From Dicyema japonicum (taxonomy: Eukaryota; Animalia; Dicyemida): 64,000 nt of DNA. The notes beneath the pieces are model-generated. The model did no database searches, was not told the DNA's origin, and worked only from the letters and a program-made list of their open reading frames with translations. Every line of letters begins with the position of its first letter. The first letter of the stretch is position 1. Both the position numbers and the translations under genes were made by a program. The DNA is taken from positions 20,324 to 84,323 of the forward strand of contig RDEW01000047.1 of the NCBI GenBank assembly GCA_011109175.1, read 5' to 3'. Positions 1 through 11,510 of the stretch are shown piece after piece.

Positions 1-119
1 CGTAACTGCATAATTCTCTGGATTATTGGATCCAACAGTCTTATGGGCCATCGGATCATTGATAAAAAAGGGGCAATCGAGAGGATGTGAATGAGAGCCG
101 TTATAATAGTTTTTTGTTC

Positions 120-350
120 ATTCCCTTTTTAACGAGTTATTAACGGAGTTTTCTGTAGGGTATCCACATCTGAGTCCTACCATAATGCCTTGGCCTTGGA
201 CTTCCACATCTGGACCCTTCCTCCTTTTTTTTAATTTTTCAGGATGATTTCTCTCCAGCTTTATATACGTGTATCCTGGATCTTTGATCTCCTGAAACTT
301 TCGTTCATTCCCTTAATAATTTGTTTATATGTCACATAAAATTGATTTGG
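120..350 (-). mobile_element. LINE 3' end fragment (same family as 39341-39990)
   Basis: The reverse complement matches the end of the 39341 ORF (SFRRSKIQDTxIKL) and its 3' UTR (GAAGGGTCCAG..GTGG..GTCCAAG..TTATGGTAGGACTC). Confidence 0.6.
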
Positions 351-404
351 TTTAAATATAAATTTTAACAGGGTTTACATAAATAAATGGAAAAAATCTT
401 AATA

Positions 405-620
405 TAATAATAATAACCTTATCACCGAGAGCCATAGTAATTATAGCTCCGAATAGCAGGACACACACTTTATTTAAGTAAAGAACAGTTAATTTTAACT
501 AATCGTAAATCCAAGGAATGATCTTCACTTTTTTTTCTTTTTCTTGTGTGTGGGTCCATTCTAGACAATACAGTTCCGCAGTAAGTATCCACTGATGACG
601 GCGTCACTCGTCAAACCAAA
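405..620 (-). mobile_element. SINE family 1, 3' half
   Basis: Matches the core (TTTGACGAGTGACGCCGTCATCAGTG) and tail (GGAGCTATAA..ACTATGGCTCTCG) of the full-length copies at 7843, 10095 and 50709. Confidence 0.8.
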
Positions 621-689
621 TTCTTAAAAGAAAATAATAATAATAAACAATAATTAAAAACAGTAATAAAAAGTAATAATAATAATAAA

Positions 690-860
690 CAGCAAAGTGG
701 TTAGGTGTCAGGCTAAAGTGAATTAGGTTACTAGTTTGATTTTCGATGCTGTTCACCTGGTGGAAGGTTATACGCATCTACGATGCTAATAGGGTTTGAC
801 GAGTGACGCCGTCATCAGTGGGTAATAAATATTATGGCTCTCCTGAAAAAGCTGTTATAT
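690..860 (+). mobile_element. SINE family 1, internally deleted copy
   Basis: Head AGTGGTTAGGTGTC, core GAAGGTT..GCATCTACGATGC..TTTGACGAGTGACGCCGTCATCAGTG, joined directly to the tail ATAAATATTATGGCTCTC. Confidence 0.75.
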
Positions 861-864
861 TATT

Positions 865-1713
865 TGTCGCGAGCCAAAGCTATTACCGAGCCACATATTT
901 CTAAGCAAACATTAACTAATTATTGATAATTATCTTTTTAAGGCGTTTAGAATACACCTTCTTCACAATTCTCTCACTATCTTTAACGTTGACAAAATTA
1001 TTAGACAATTTTGCAACAATAGTGACAGCATCTCCGTAGGGGTGCTCAAACCTTTGCAGACGTAGTGAAGGATTAGTTACATAGTCCTTTCGAATGGTAA
1101 CTGGTAAAGCAGAAATGTCTGGGTGGACCACTTAAGGTTGCATCTTGGTCTTTGGAATTATTTTAATTTAATTATTAGTCATCTATTGGCGGTGAATAAA
1201 TACTTACATTTCTTATATGTTATGTTATCCAAATTATGTCGTGTCCGACCCTTGGAGATCTCATAAGCCAATTTTCTCCCCTCTCTCCGATCTGTCGCAA
1301 TTTGGAGTAGCCTTGATATAGGCATTTCTTAGTGACGTCTTATTCCATGGATAGCCACCGAGTCCTCGGTCGACCAGGTTTTTTCTTAAATAATTGAACG
1401 AACAGAGAAGTATTCTTGTAGTGATGATTTGTACCATTTTGATGTCTTTCGCTAAAAATACCAACAGACTTCATTCTCCAATCAACAACCACTTTGATGT
1501 ATTCTGATATCTGTTAGTTTTTAAGGTATTTTAAAAGAGTATCGTATGATATAGAGTATATTATACAAGCCATTTTAAAGAGTATATTCTGATATCAGTT
1601 TGTTTTTAGACTGTTTGGTGAGGTGGTGACGAGCCTCGTTTCTTTATTAGATAACAGTTGCCATCTGTTTTCAACAGTGAAAATTATGTGTTACTCTCAC
1701 CACAAAGAGTATC

Positions 1714-1752
<39 letters not shown>

Positions 1753-3359
1753 GCAAGAGATGTAATTATTTACGCGGACATTGTACTTATCAGACATCTC
1801 GAAAAGTCCGGTAGTGTCGGAAGGAAGATTACGTTTTTTTGGAGGAAATTCTCTGGTGGTGTAAATCCCGTGCTTAAGTGTCTCAATGGAAAAGTCAAAA
1901 GCCATTAGAATTTCACATTACAGAATGTTTTTTAAAAGGAGTATACATTGAGTGGTATCAGCAATATTTATCATTTGAGTTATTTAGGTGTTGCACATTT
2001 TTATTAACTTAATTTTCCATAACTTTTGCTATGTCTTTAAAAAATGTTTTGTTAATTATGTTTTAGATCAATCNCAGCAATGTTTATCATTTGAGTTATT
2101 TTGGTGTTGCACATTTTTATTAACTTAATTTTCCATAACTTTTGCTATGTCTTTAAAAAATGTTTTGTTAATTATGTTTTTAGATCAATCTTGCTTCTTT
2201 TAAGAATTTCTTTGGCTATAAGTCGGCGAAATATTAGAGTTCACGTAAATCACCTAATCATTGTTTCCAAAGTTTCCTAAAATTAACTTTATCTCCTTTA
2301 TCTAGAGATTCAATTGCTTTTTATCCTTAAGTTAAAATTTATAGTTACAAATGTACGAGTCCAGAAGACAATCAGGTTCTGCAGTGGTGAAACTCGGATG
2401 ACGGCGTTACTCGTCAACCCAGAAGCATCGTATATGCAAAGAACCTTCGATTAAGACCTACTGGTTTTGGGTCCGGAACTTATCACACTGAGACTACTCA
2501 AAATCAATGTGACTTCTGGTCCTCCATAATTTTTATAAGATTTTCGATGTCTAAGTGGAGCCTTACTCTCTTAAACAATTAGCAGCGACGCAATTTTTAT
2601 AAATGAATTTTATTGAATTTTACATTCGAATTTCCTGGGGACCCACTTAAAATTTCAAAAGAAATTTTTTGGATAAAAAAATACTAAAATTTAAAAATGT
2701 CATGTCATTCTAGCGTCTTCTTTCGCAGTCCGTAAGCCGTCCGATTGACCAGATAAACTCACACGTGCTCGGGCCAATAATGCCAGACGTATCAATGGAG
2801 ATCGAAAGGAAACGAATCGATCCTTGATTCCACGGAACTTCCTTCTTTTAGATATTCAGCAGTGCTCTGCTGAAACGTGAACGACCGAATATGTGTCCTA
2901 CAAGAAACTAATTTCAAGCATTAAACGTGTGAGAAAGTTCCACGCATCTACGATGCAGAAAGGGTTTGACGAGTGACGCCGTCATCAGTGTATACTCACT
3001 GCGGAACTGGATTGTCTAGAAAGAACACTCACACAAGAAAAAGAAAAAAAGAAGTAAAGATCATTCTTTGGATTAGTTAAAATTAACTGTTCTTTACTTA
3101 AATAAAGTGTGTGGTCCTGCCTATGCGAAGCAATAAATACTATGCTCTCGTAAAAAGGCTTTATAAAAAAATAAAATAAAAACGTGTAATTTAATAATAA
3201 TTATTTATATTATCGTAGAATTAATCTTTATATCGAATATAATAATTTATAAAATAGAAAAAATTATAATATTGATTAAATTTTGATTAAAATGACAGTT
3301 ATGACAGTAGATGACACTGTCAAAGGTCTATGGCTCGGTAATCACTTTGGCTCGCGGCA
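865..3359. mobile_element. Decayed TIR DNA transposon with 8-bp TSD and nested insertions; superfamily undetermined
   Basis: TGTCGCGAGCCAAAGCTATTACCGAGCCA (from 865) is the reverse complement of TGGCTCGGTAATCACTTTGGCTCGCGGCA (ending 3359). Both ends are flanked by ATATTATT (857-864, 3360-3367). Internal minus-strand ORF 916-1131 resembles an integrase C-terminal GPY/F region. Confidence 0.65.
2930..3170 (+). mobile_element. SINE family 1, 5'-truncated
   Basis: The core and 3' tail match the other copies. Confidence 0.8.
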
Positions 3360-3420
3360 ATATTATTATGTTAATAATTTAGTTAGAAGTATTTCCTTTT
3401 TATTAGCAAAGACGTCTTTT

Positions 3421-5150
3421 CTACGAGCAATTTAGTGTTTGGGGTTCTCCAACACACTCTAAGTCATTCACAAAGTTCGATTCTGAGCAGTCCAAATTAC
3501 TTGTTCCGTCGTCCAGAGAGTCTTTGTTATCCATTCTCGTATAGATATTATTTATTTCCTTCTTCAGCTCCTTAGTTCTTTCGTCAAAACCCGTTTTATT
3601 CCTGTATGAAACAATCATCGACTCAAAAGTTTTACGTATAACCAATGATTGAATAATACGTATAGGTTCTTTCGCTTATGTTCAGAGATCTGGAATGTTC
3701 CCACGAGTGTGAGGTTACCAATCCACCCAGGTCAGTACTATTGGGACAATCCTCACTTTCGCATGGTGTATTGATTCCAGTTCTTTCGATAGTAGGTCAT
3801 ACTTTCTCAATTTTTCGAATTCTATTTGTTGGAGATTTTGGGTTGATGCCCACTTCAACCAACAGTATTTGATTTTTCTTTTTATCGTAGATAAACAAAT
3901 CTGGCTTGTTGTGTTCAATGTTTATATCGGTTTTGATGAAAAAGTATCAACTCTTATCTCTACCAAATCATTCATCAAAATTGTTTGCACTGAGTGGGTT
4001 TTTAATCTTCTTTCGTTTTTGAGACCGTATTCTTTGCAAAAATGAAAGTGAAGCACCGTACGACTTCATTATGTCTTCTGACGTAATCTCCATGCAACAT
4101 TTTGCCGCATCTTGTAGCACAATGATCGACGGTTTTCTTCCATTTTTTACACAAGGTGCAAATCATGTTCAGTTCTTCAAAGAAGAGATTTCTGTCCTGG
4201 ACTAACAGAACAAGGCTTCCGATTTTGGAGAGTTGTTCCCTTTTGCTAGCCACAGAGATGAAAATTCAGTGTTTACGAATTCTTCCGATAGGTTTTTGTA
4301 CACTTGCGAATGAAGACTTTTCATACTTATTTGTTTCTTTAAGTTTTCTCTTTGTAGGTCAATCAAAAATTTTCTATCCAGGATAAATGTATTGTCAACA
4401 GAGTACTTCTCCGCAAAATTCTACAATAATAGCCATATGAGTTTTACTTAAGGTTTCGGCCTGAAGAATAGCGGAACTTCTTCAGCAACAAGTACTTCTT
4501 CCTTTCAAATTGTTCAGAAAACCAAATAACATTCTCTCACTGAGGAAAGAGATCGAACACAATCCTCTCCCTAGCATGTTTCGAGGTATGTAGTCTCTCT
4601 TTGCAAGCTGGTTTAATATGTACATGATATTAATTCAGCAAACTACGGATAGAAGTATCAATCTTCTCAAATTCATTCGGTTCAAATCAATTTATCCGAT
4701 ATAGTGATTGTATAAAATAATCATGTTCGTTAATTGCTTTAAAAAGTTTGACCGAGTTCAATTTAGTGTTTGCTAATTTTTCTATTCTTTGGCATACTTC
4801 AGAAAATATTGTTTTAAGCATGTCTGTCTTGTTAATTTGCCCAGATGGCCTTCCAATACACCCAAATACTTATATCCATCAATTCCATCAATTACTTTAG
4901 CTTCATTTGATAACAACAAAGAATTAGTAGCCGATTTATCCAAGTTCTTTTCAAGACCAACAGATTTGAAATATAAATTAACTTGTTCCATCATCTTAAC
5001 AATAACTTCTTTATCGTTCGAAATAAGTTGATGCTTTTAAGCATTATTTTTTAATAATTTACTCATTTAATCCAATGTTAATATCTGCACATTTTCTGTA
5101 TTATTTCTAAATCACTTGTTTCCATACCACGAAGGGTGAGACGTTAAAGT
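3421..5150 (-). mobile_element. R4/Dong-like (restriction-like endonuclease) non-LTR retrotransposon relic
   Basis: Frameshifted pieces: RT end (GLEKNLDKSATN..YKYLGV), CCHC finger (CTLCKK..TVDHCATRC..YVRRHNEVV) and RLE C-terminus (KLRKYDLLSKEL..IVPIVLTW). Confidence 0.8.
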
Positions 5151-5267
5151 CCCGGACACCAATATTTTTTCCACATTATCGAGGTCAGCCAAATCACGGA
5201 AAATCCTTTGGCACAGAAGTTGAGTGGAAAAATTAAAGTTTTATTTATTACAGATTGTTAATTTAAG

Positions 5268-5600
5268 AGCCGCGTGGCGCCATGTGATGCTGCGTGGCTA
5301 ATTGGTTAAGTTTTATGCTTGTTTGTCTGTTCCTCCTCTATCTTCCTATTAGAGTTTACGTCATGTGATCCACCTGTCTAGGTGGCGCCCAGTGCCAGGC
5401 CGGCACGAAAAAGGATCATTTGCTCTTACCCACTCCACTGGAGGGGTTTACATAACTACATGTAATGGACGTCTTACCTTTATGCTGATTCTGGATGGAC
5501 TCTGTTTCTGTAGAAGTGGAAACTGGATTCACTTGATTAGTTGTTTACTTTAACTTTTTTCTCGGTGTATCCGGGGTTAATAAATAATAAATAATAATAA
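5268..5600 (+). mobile_element. SINE-like family 2, full-length copy
   Basis: ~330-bp unit repeated at 28160(-), 40960(+) and 61943(+). A-box-like head GCGTGGCTAATTGGTTAAG; ends CCGGGGTTAATAAATAATAA. Confidence 0.7.
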
Positions 5601-6790
5601 TTAAAAAACTAAAAACCATTTTTATTATAATAAAATTGATTAATTAGAGTTTGTTGATCAGATCACTCATTTTCAATTATCTCAAATATTAGTCGCATCT
5701 ACCATAGAGTAAGTTCATTAATGACACGAATTAACGAGTTATGATGCTTACGTATTACTTTCAGATTTTTCAGATATTTATATTTGTGTAGAAGCCATCA
5801 AAATTATTCCAGGCCTCCTCAAGTTTCTACACATAAAATTCACTTATACATCAATCTCTCCAAAATTTGGGATATTTAAGGAGAGAACTCATTATTATAG
5901 GCCAGTTCCAATTTGATAGTATCATCAGGACTACTGTCGTTAAATGAGATCACAAAATCACAGATCTGACTTGTTTAAAAAATTCAACAGCGTCAAATAT
6001 GATCTTATTCTTATCAATTAACTCCTTTAGTTAGCTAATTTGCTGACTCGACTCAACGGGAAGTTCAAAGTGGACTCCCCCATACTTGATTCCGACTATT
6101 CGTCTAACGAGCAAAAAATTAAACTTCGGCTTCTATTCATTCTAGAACAATTATAACTTTTCTGGATTATTTCTTCATTCACATGAAGGATCATTCTCTC
6201 ATATTGTTGACGATTACTATTTCTGAATGTCCGCGAGAAAATTCTGCTATTCTCTTCTTCCAGATGGGCTATTTTTTCCTCTTTATGACTGAAATAGAAT
6301 ATTTCTTCGTCCAATTTTTATATCTGATTCTAATTCTCTGAGCTCCTTACTGCATTCTTCCCCTGCAGGGTCAATTAGTTTTCCAACTACTTTTCTGAGA
6401 TATCTGGAATATCTTTAATTGAAAATCTCAGTTTACTTTGATTGTTGGTGTATCTTCACGTTAATGAGGTGATATGCCAATGGAGAACATTTACTATGAT
6501 AGCTCGGTTTTCAGGGCGGTCAGGATTATGAAGTTGTTGATTATAAGAAGATATGGGAACCAAGTAGTTTAAGGTGGAAATAATCTGTTTTCTTTCCTGT
6601 TCACCAAAAAGGATATTTTCTAAAATCCCGAATATAAACTTAATATAGTACGTAAAATGTACGTTAAAAATATCTCAAAGGCCTGCAGTTGTTGTGTCAA
6701 TCAGGATTCGCTCAGTATAGTTTGGAAGAGAATTTATCTTTAGAAACTATGATTTTTTTTAAATACAACACCTGTTTAATTTCTATTTGT

Positions 6791-7515
6791 TTATTATTAT
6801 TAGCACTTTCACGAGAGCCATAATATTTATAGCCCCGCATGTGCAGCAAAAAATATAAGAGAATTAGTTAGGTTGCTCCAAGTTCTTCTGTTCTTTGCTA
6901 GGTCCCTCAGTGAGTCCAGATCGTCACCAGATGCCAATGTTTTCTTCACGGCTTTCAGATCGTTTTGTAGAACNCAATTAGATTGCTCCAAGCTCTTCTG
7001 TTCTTTGCTAGGTCCCTCAGTGTGTCCAAATCGTCACCAGATGCCAATGTTTTCTTCACAGCTTTCAGATCGCTTTGTAGAACGACCGGAGGGTAGTTCT
7101 TGGTCTTCCACAAAAGCGTTTTACATTGGAGGAGTAGTAATCTTCCATTCCGATGTTCGGAGGGGATATCGGGTCCAACCTTAGAACGTGTCCAAAAAGT
7201 CTCCAACGAGAGCTAATGATCTCGTGGCTTAATGGTTTACAGTCACACTTATTGTACAGTCCATTCCGCGAGATCTTGGATGGCCAGGACATTCCAGTTA
7301 TGTTTCTTAGATGATTCCTGTGAAATGAGTCTAGCCTCTCCAATTCCTCTTTAGAAATGGCCCAGGTCCCAGAGTTTTATAGTAGAATTGGTTTGATGAA
7401 AGTGTTGTATAACATAATCCTTTTTTATGTTATTTCCTTTCTGTTTTAGCCAAAGATTTTTAAGCCTTTGTAATGCCGCATTTGCCAATGTTTTTCTCCG
7501 TATGATGTCTTCGCT
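6791..7515 (-). mobile_element. RTE-clade LINE 3' fragment with 3' UTR and (TAA)n tail
   Basis: ORF end ERLDSFHRNHLRNITGMSWPSKISRNGLY..RWRLFGHVLRL..GRPRTT..NRRAWSNL is typical of the RTE C-terminus. UTR at 6791-6850. Confidence 0.85.
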
Positions 7516-7842
7516 AAATAGTTGAACGTGTTGTATTAAATCTAAACAGTCGACCTTCGCAAATTAGCCATTTTGGTTTTTTTTAATTTTTAGTCAAAAT
7601 TGAGAAATGGCCAATACAGTGATTTTTCTCGATTTGTGGGAATTTTCAATAAAACTTGAATTTTTAAGCGACTTGTGTATTTTGGTATATCCAGTTCTCC
7701 TGGTTAAGTGAGACACATCATTTCCAAGCAACACATCAATTCATATTCGTCATTGTGGAACCCAACCACTAAGTAGGAAAGAACAAGATCTTTTTTTAAG
7801 CAGGCAAGACTCTAAAAGTTTTCTGTCTTAGGTGGATTCTAT

Positions 7843-8167
7843 AATAATAATAAAGCCTTTTCACGAGAGCCATAGTATTTATAGCTCCGCATAGGCAGGA
7901 CACACACTTTATTTAAGTAAAGAACAGTTAATTTTAACTAATCGTAGAACCAAGGAATGATCTTCACTTCTTTTTTTTCTTTTTCTTGTGTGAGTGTCCT
8001 TTCTAGACAAATCCAGTTCCGCAATGAGTATTCACTGATGACGGCGTCACTCGTCAAACCATTTCTGCATCGTAGATGCGTGGAACCTTCCACCAGGTGA
8101 ACAGCAGCGAGATTCGAACCCGTAGCCTAAGCCACTTAAGCCCGACACCTAACAACTAAGCCAAATC
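7843..8167 (-). mobile_element. SINE family 1, near full length, with 8-bp TSD
   Basis: GATTCTAT at 7835-7842 and 8168-8175; the empty site is at 22593-22600. B box GGTTCGAATCT and (TTA)n tail present. Confidence 0.9.
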
Positions 8168-8727
8168 GATTCTATGAATCCTCTTAAGAATTAAAAAAAA
8201 CGAAAAACAGAAAAGGGATCTTTCGATCAAGCAAGTAGCGCTTGGGAATCGAACTTACAGCTATTCGCGACGCGCGCGGTAGCAAAAGTTTTAAGAAACT
8301 CGTAAATTTTGGATAAAAGTTGAACTTTTTTATAAAAAAAATTAACGCAGAAAATAAATCGTATATAGTTCCATTAAATAATTAAAATTTAATTGTACGA
8401 AAATTTTTAATTTTGACCGATAATTAGGAATTTTTTCTTTCATCAATAACTTCTATAGACCTGAATAACCCAATGCTAGTTGTATGTAAATAGGAAATCT
8501 TCTGCGGATTTATCAAAAACGCAGATGCGATTTTAACACCGCTTTAGTCTTTTTCCTTCCACTATCGACGAGATCTTAGAAAGATCTTTCAACCAATTCA
8601 TTAATACTGCACTTTACGAAGAACCATATTAGCTATCGCTATTCCTAGGCAGGACAAACTCTTTATTTTTAAGCAATAATAATAATAATTTGGTAAGACA
8701 TACTTTAAACCTGAAATGGTATAGTCT

Positions 8728-9315
8728 ATGTTTACTTCGGACAAAAGTTTGGGGAAGAAGACTGTCACCTTAAAATTGGACAACGTTGAAATCCCCTTCA
8801 GCAAATGTCATAAGATCCTGGTCATGACACTAGATACCCACTTATGTTTGTCACCACACGTGGCAAACATTGTTCTGAAGTTCGAGAAGAAAATCAATGT
8901 ATTGAAATATTTATCTGGAATATGGAAGACAGGTACCCACCCGGTCTTGATGAATATCTACAAGCAATACATTGAACCATGCTTCTCGTACGCGTGTGCT
9001 TCGTGGGGACCTTCATTATCATGGACGAATACTAAGAAAATCGAGTACGTACAAAAGAAGGTTTTCAGAGTAACGGAGCGGTGGACTTGTGTGAGACACG
9101 GAAACGGACCGACTACTCTGGAAGCCTCATAAAACTAAACTCTGGCATGCGGGAAGGTGGCCCTGCAAATACAGTCAGCCGCTCAGTACGAGCTTGTGTG
9201 GTCACGAGGGAGGAGCACCGGGAAAGGATGAAGATTTTGATGAACGCATCGGGATCACGTAATAGTTAATTTGGTTTTACCGTGGTCATGGGTGTTAAAT
9301 AAAATAAATAAAAAT
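8728..9315 (+). mobile_element. Jockey/I-like LINE 3' fragment (RT C-terminus, 3' UTR, A-rich tail); duplicate at 23281-23870
   Basis: ILVMTLDTHLCLSPHV..KKINVLKYLSG..YKQYIEPCFSYACASW. The 3' end GGATCACGT..TTACCGTGG recurs near 27710, 38220(-) and 54410(-). Confidence 0.75.
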
Positions 9316-10094
9316 AAATTCAAATAAGATTATATATGCCAAAAATAAAAATTGCTACGAAAAAAGCTATTGCGCAATTTGTTAATAACAACAAACTTTC
9401 TGAACTGATAATACCAGTTCGTATCAAATCATTATTGGACTTTCAGAACCACAATTCACACATCACTGATCGTATATTTAGCTTTAATGGGGTCCCGAAC
9501 AAATTAAGCATTTCTCCTGGATTTTACTGTGACCAAAACCATGACAGTGATAGCATTGTACCTTAGGCTTTCTATACCATTCTACGTTAACTATAGAGAA
9601 ACATATATTTAGCCCCAATCCGACAATAGATTAAGCTTCTCTATTAGACAATACCACCAAAGTTTCCCAATATGAAATCTTTCAAGTTCCCTTCCTTCAA
9701 CCCATAAAGAAACGTTCCTCAAGACCATCGCAACAGGAGCAAGATTCTTCAGAATAAAATGACCTCCATCTCCAAAACGTAGAGAGTTTATAGGAACAGG
9801 ATTTGTAGAACAGATAATAATAGATTTAGAAGCAATGATGTCTTCATAGTACTACATATTGTGCCACTATTATGCATTAGATCATCTGTGGCCAACCTTT
9901 TTTGCTCTCGAGGTACTTTTTATATAGCGATTTGTCTGGCGATCGACTATACATTTTTTGTATTTTAATAACAATTTTTTAAATATTAGATTTTATTTAC
10001 CAAAAATGTGAACAAGAAACAAACGCTTCAAAAACGGAGAGAATTTTTATTTTATAATAAAAATTCAATGCTATTTTGTCATTGTAAATCTCCT

Positions 10095-10410
10095 GCCGAG
10101 TGGCACAGTGGTTAGGTGTCGGGCTAAAAGTGACTTAAATCACGGGTTCGATTCTCGCTGATGTTTACCTGGTCGAAGGTTCTACGATGTTAAAATGACT
10201 TGACGAGTGACGCCGTCATCAGTGGAGATTCACTGCGGAACTGGATTGTCTAAAAGGACACACACCCAAGAAAAAGAAAACAAAAAGTAAAGAGCATTCC
10301 TTGGTCTCTCTACGATTAGTTATAATAACTGTTCTTTGATTAAAATAAAGTGTGTGTTCTGCCAATGGGAAACCATAACTAATATGGGTTTTCGGAAAGT
10401 GCGAACATTA
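10095..10410 (+). mobile_element. SINE family 1, full length (tRNA-derived head); duplicate at 24915-25225
   Basis: A box TGGCACAGTGG, B box GGTTCGATTCT, core and RTE-like tail. TCTCCTGC repeats at 10089-10096 and 10413-10420 (likely TSD). Confidence 0.9.
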
Positions 10411-11244
10411 ATTCTCCTGCAATTATTTCGAATTCTAGTTCATATGAGGTGAAATTTGCTGGCTCTATTTGTTCCTTTCCTGAATGGGTGACACCTTTTC
10501 GGGTGAGCCACAAGACATCACGTCAACCACACGTCTAGAGACTAAGCTCCACAAAATCAAGTCAATATACCGGAAAACTATATTTATAAAGGTTCTCATT
10601 CTGGATCAATGGTTAATTCTTTACTCGCAAAAGTTACAACCCGTAGTCGCGTAACCGGATTCCTTCGGGTCTGGAAGGAGGAAAGAAACCCGCTTAGCTT
10701 GTCCTTTTCAAATGTAAAAGAAAGTCGATTGGTTATGAAATTCTCCTCCACAATCGGATTCCTCTGCAGGGATGAGATAAAGCTCTTTCACACAGTAATG
10801 GGAACACGGGGTTCTAAAAAAATAAAGATATCTTTGTAAAACTTCAAAATTCTCTTTGACTATGGGTTTTATTTTAAGTAGCTTGTTTGTGAACAGATAG
10901 TGCTCCGAATTTGGTTGGACAAAATGCTGTTGTTGCTACCAACTACGATCTGAAATGCACAAAAATTATATCTTGTTTTGGTTCGAACAATGTATGAGCA
11001 GCTTTTTTATTTATGAAATTAAAAAAATCTGCTCAAAGAACAATTCTCACTAATAAAAATATATCCTTTCTATTAATAGTTGGAACTACAAAAATTGTGA
11101 ACACGACATATTATAAATTGTATCTAAAAAGATGTCAATACTCTGAAAGCAGCCGAAATTAAAATTAAGTTTCTCTTGTTTTTTTGTTTTTCATTATAAT
11201 ATATAAGTTTTTTCTTAAAAAAATTAATATATCAGAACTAATTT

Positions 11245-11510
11245 TTCCTTGAAGTCAAAGGAGAAGAAATACGAAGTGATACGCGACCGATTCGCATTCT
11301 ACCCAATTATTGTTGAGACGATTGGTGGGATAAGTGAGATATTGCATCGTTTCACAAAGAAGTTTGGATGCCTAGCTACACTAAAAAGCTACGACGTACC
11401 GGAGACCTGGTGGCTTTTTTAGATAATCTCTGTTGCAATCGTGAGAGGCAATGAATGTCGGTAATGTCGGCTGGGACCACGTTTAATGGACTTTTCTGTT
11501 AATTAATTTA
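11245..11510 (+). mobile_element. CRE-like retrotransposon RLE 3' end fragment
   Basis: KEKKYE..FYPIIVETIGG..ISVAIVRGN motif. Related ends occur at ~15100-15210, 32400-32700(-), 33570-33800(-), 43370-43490 and 48600-48900. Confidence 0.6.

Noticed and set aside
1715-1749. Long poly(T) run giving a poly-Lys ORF (1684-1905)
   Set aside because: A simple homopolymer, possibly a retro-tail. No TSD or coding support was found.
5397-5420. GGCCGGCA in SINE family 2, resembling the start of the genomic HDV ribozyme
   Set aside because: There is no downstream complementary P1 strand or L3 motif; the bases pair locally with upstream GTGCC.
8034-8062. CTGATGA followed by a stem in the SINE1 core, resembling a hammerhead ribozyme (also TTGACGA + GTGAC/GTCAT on the other strand)
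   Set aside because: The required GAAA after stem II is absent in the copies examined (CAAA or CAGT instead), and no stem I/III with a UH site can be drawn.
10095-10165. tRNA gene
   Set aside because: A and B boxes are present, but there is no complete cloverleaf or T-run terminator. It is the head of a repeated SINE.
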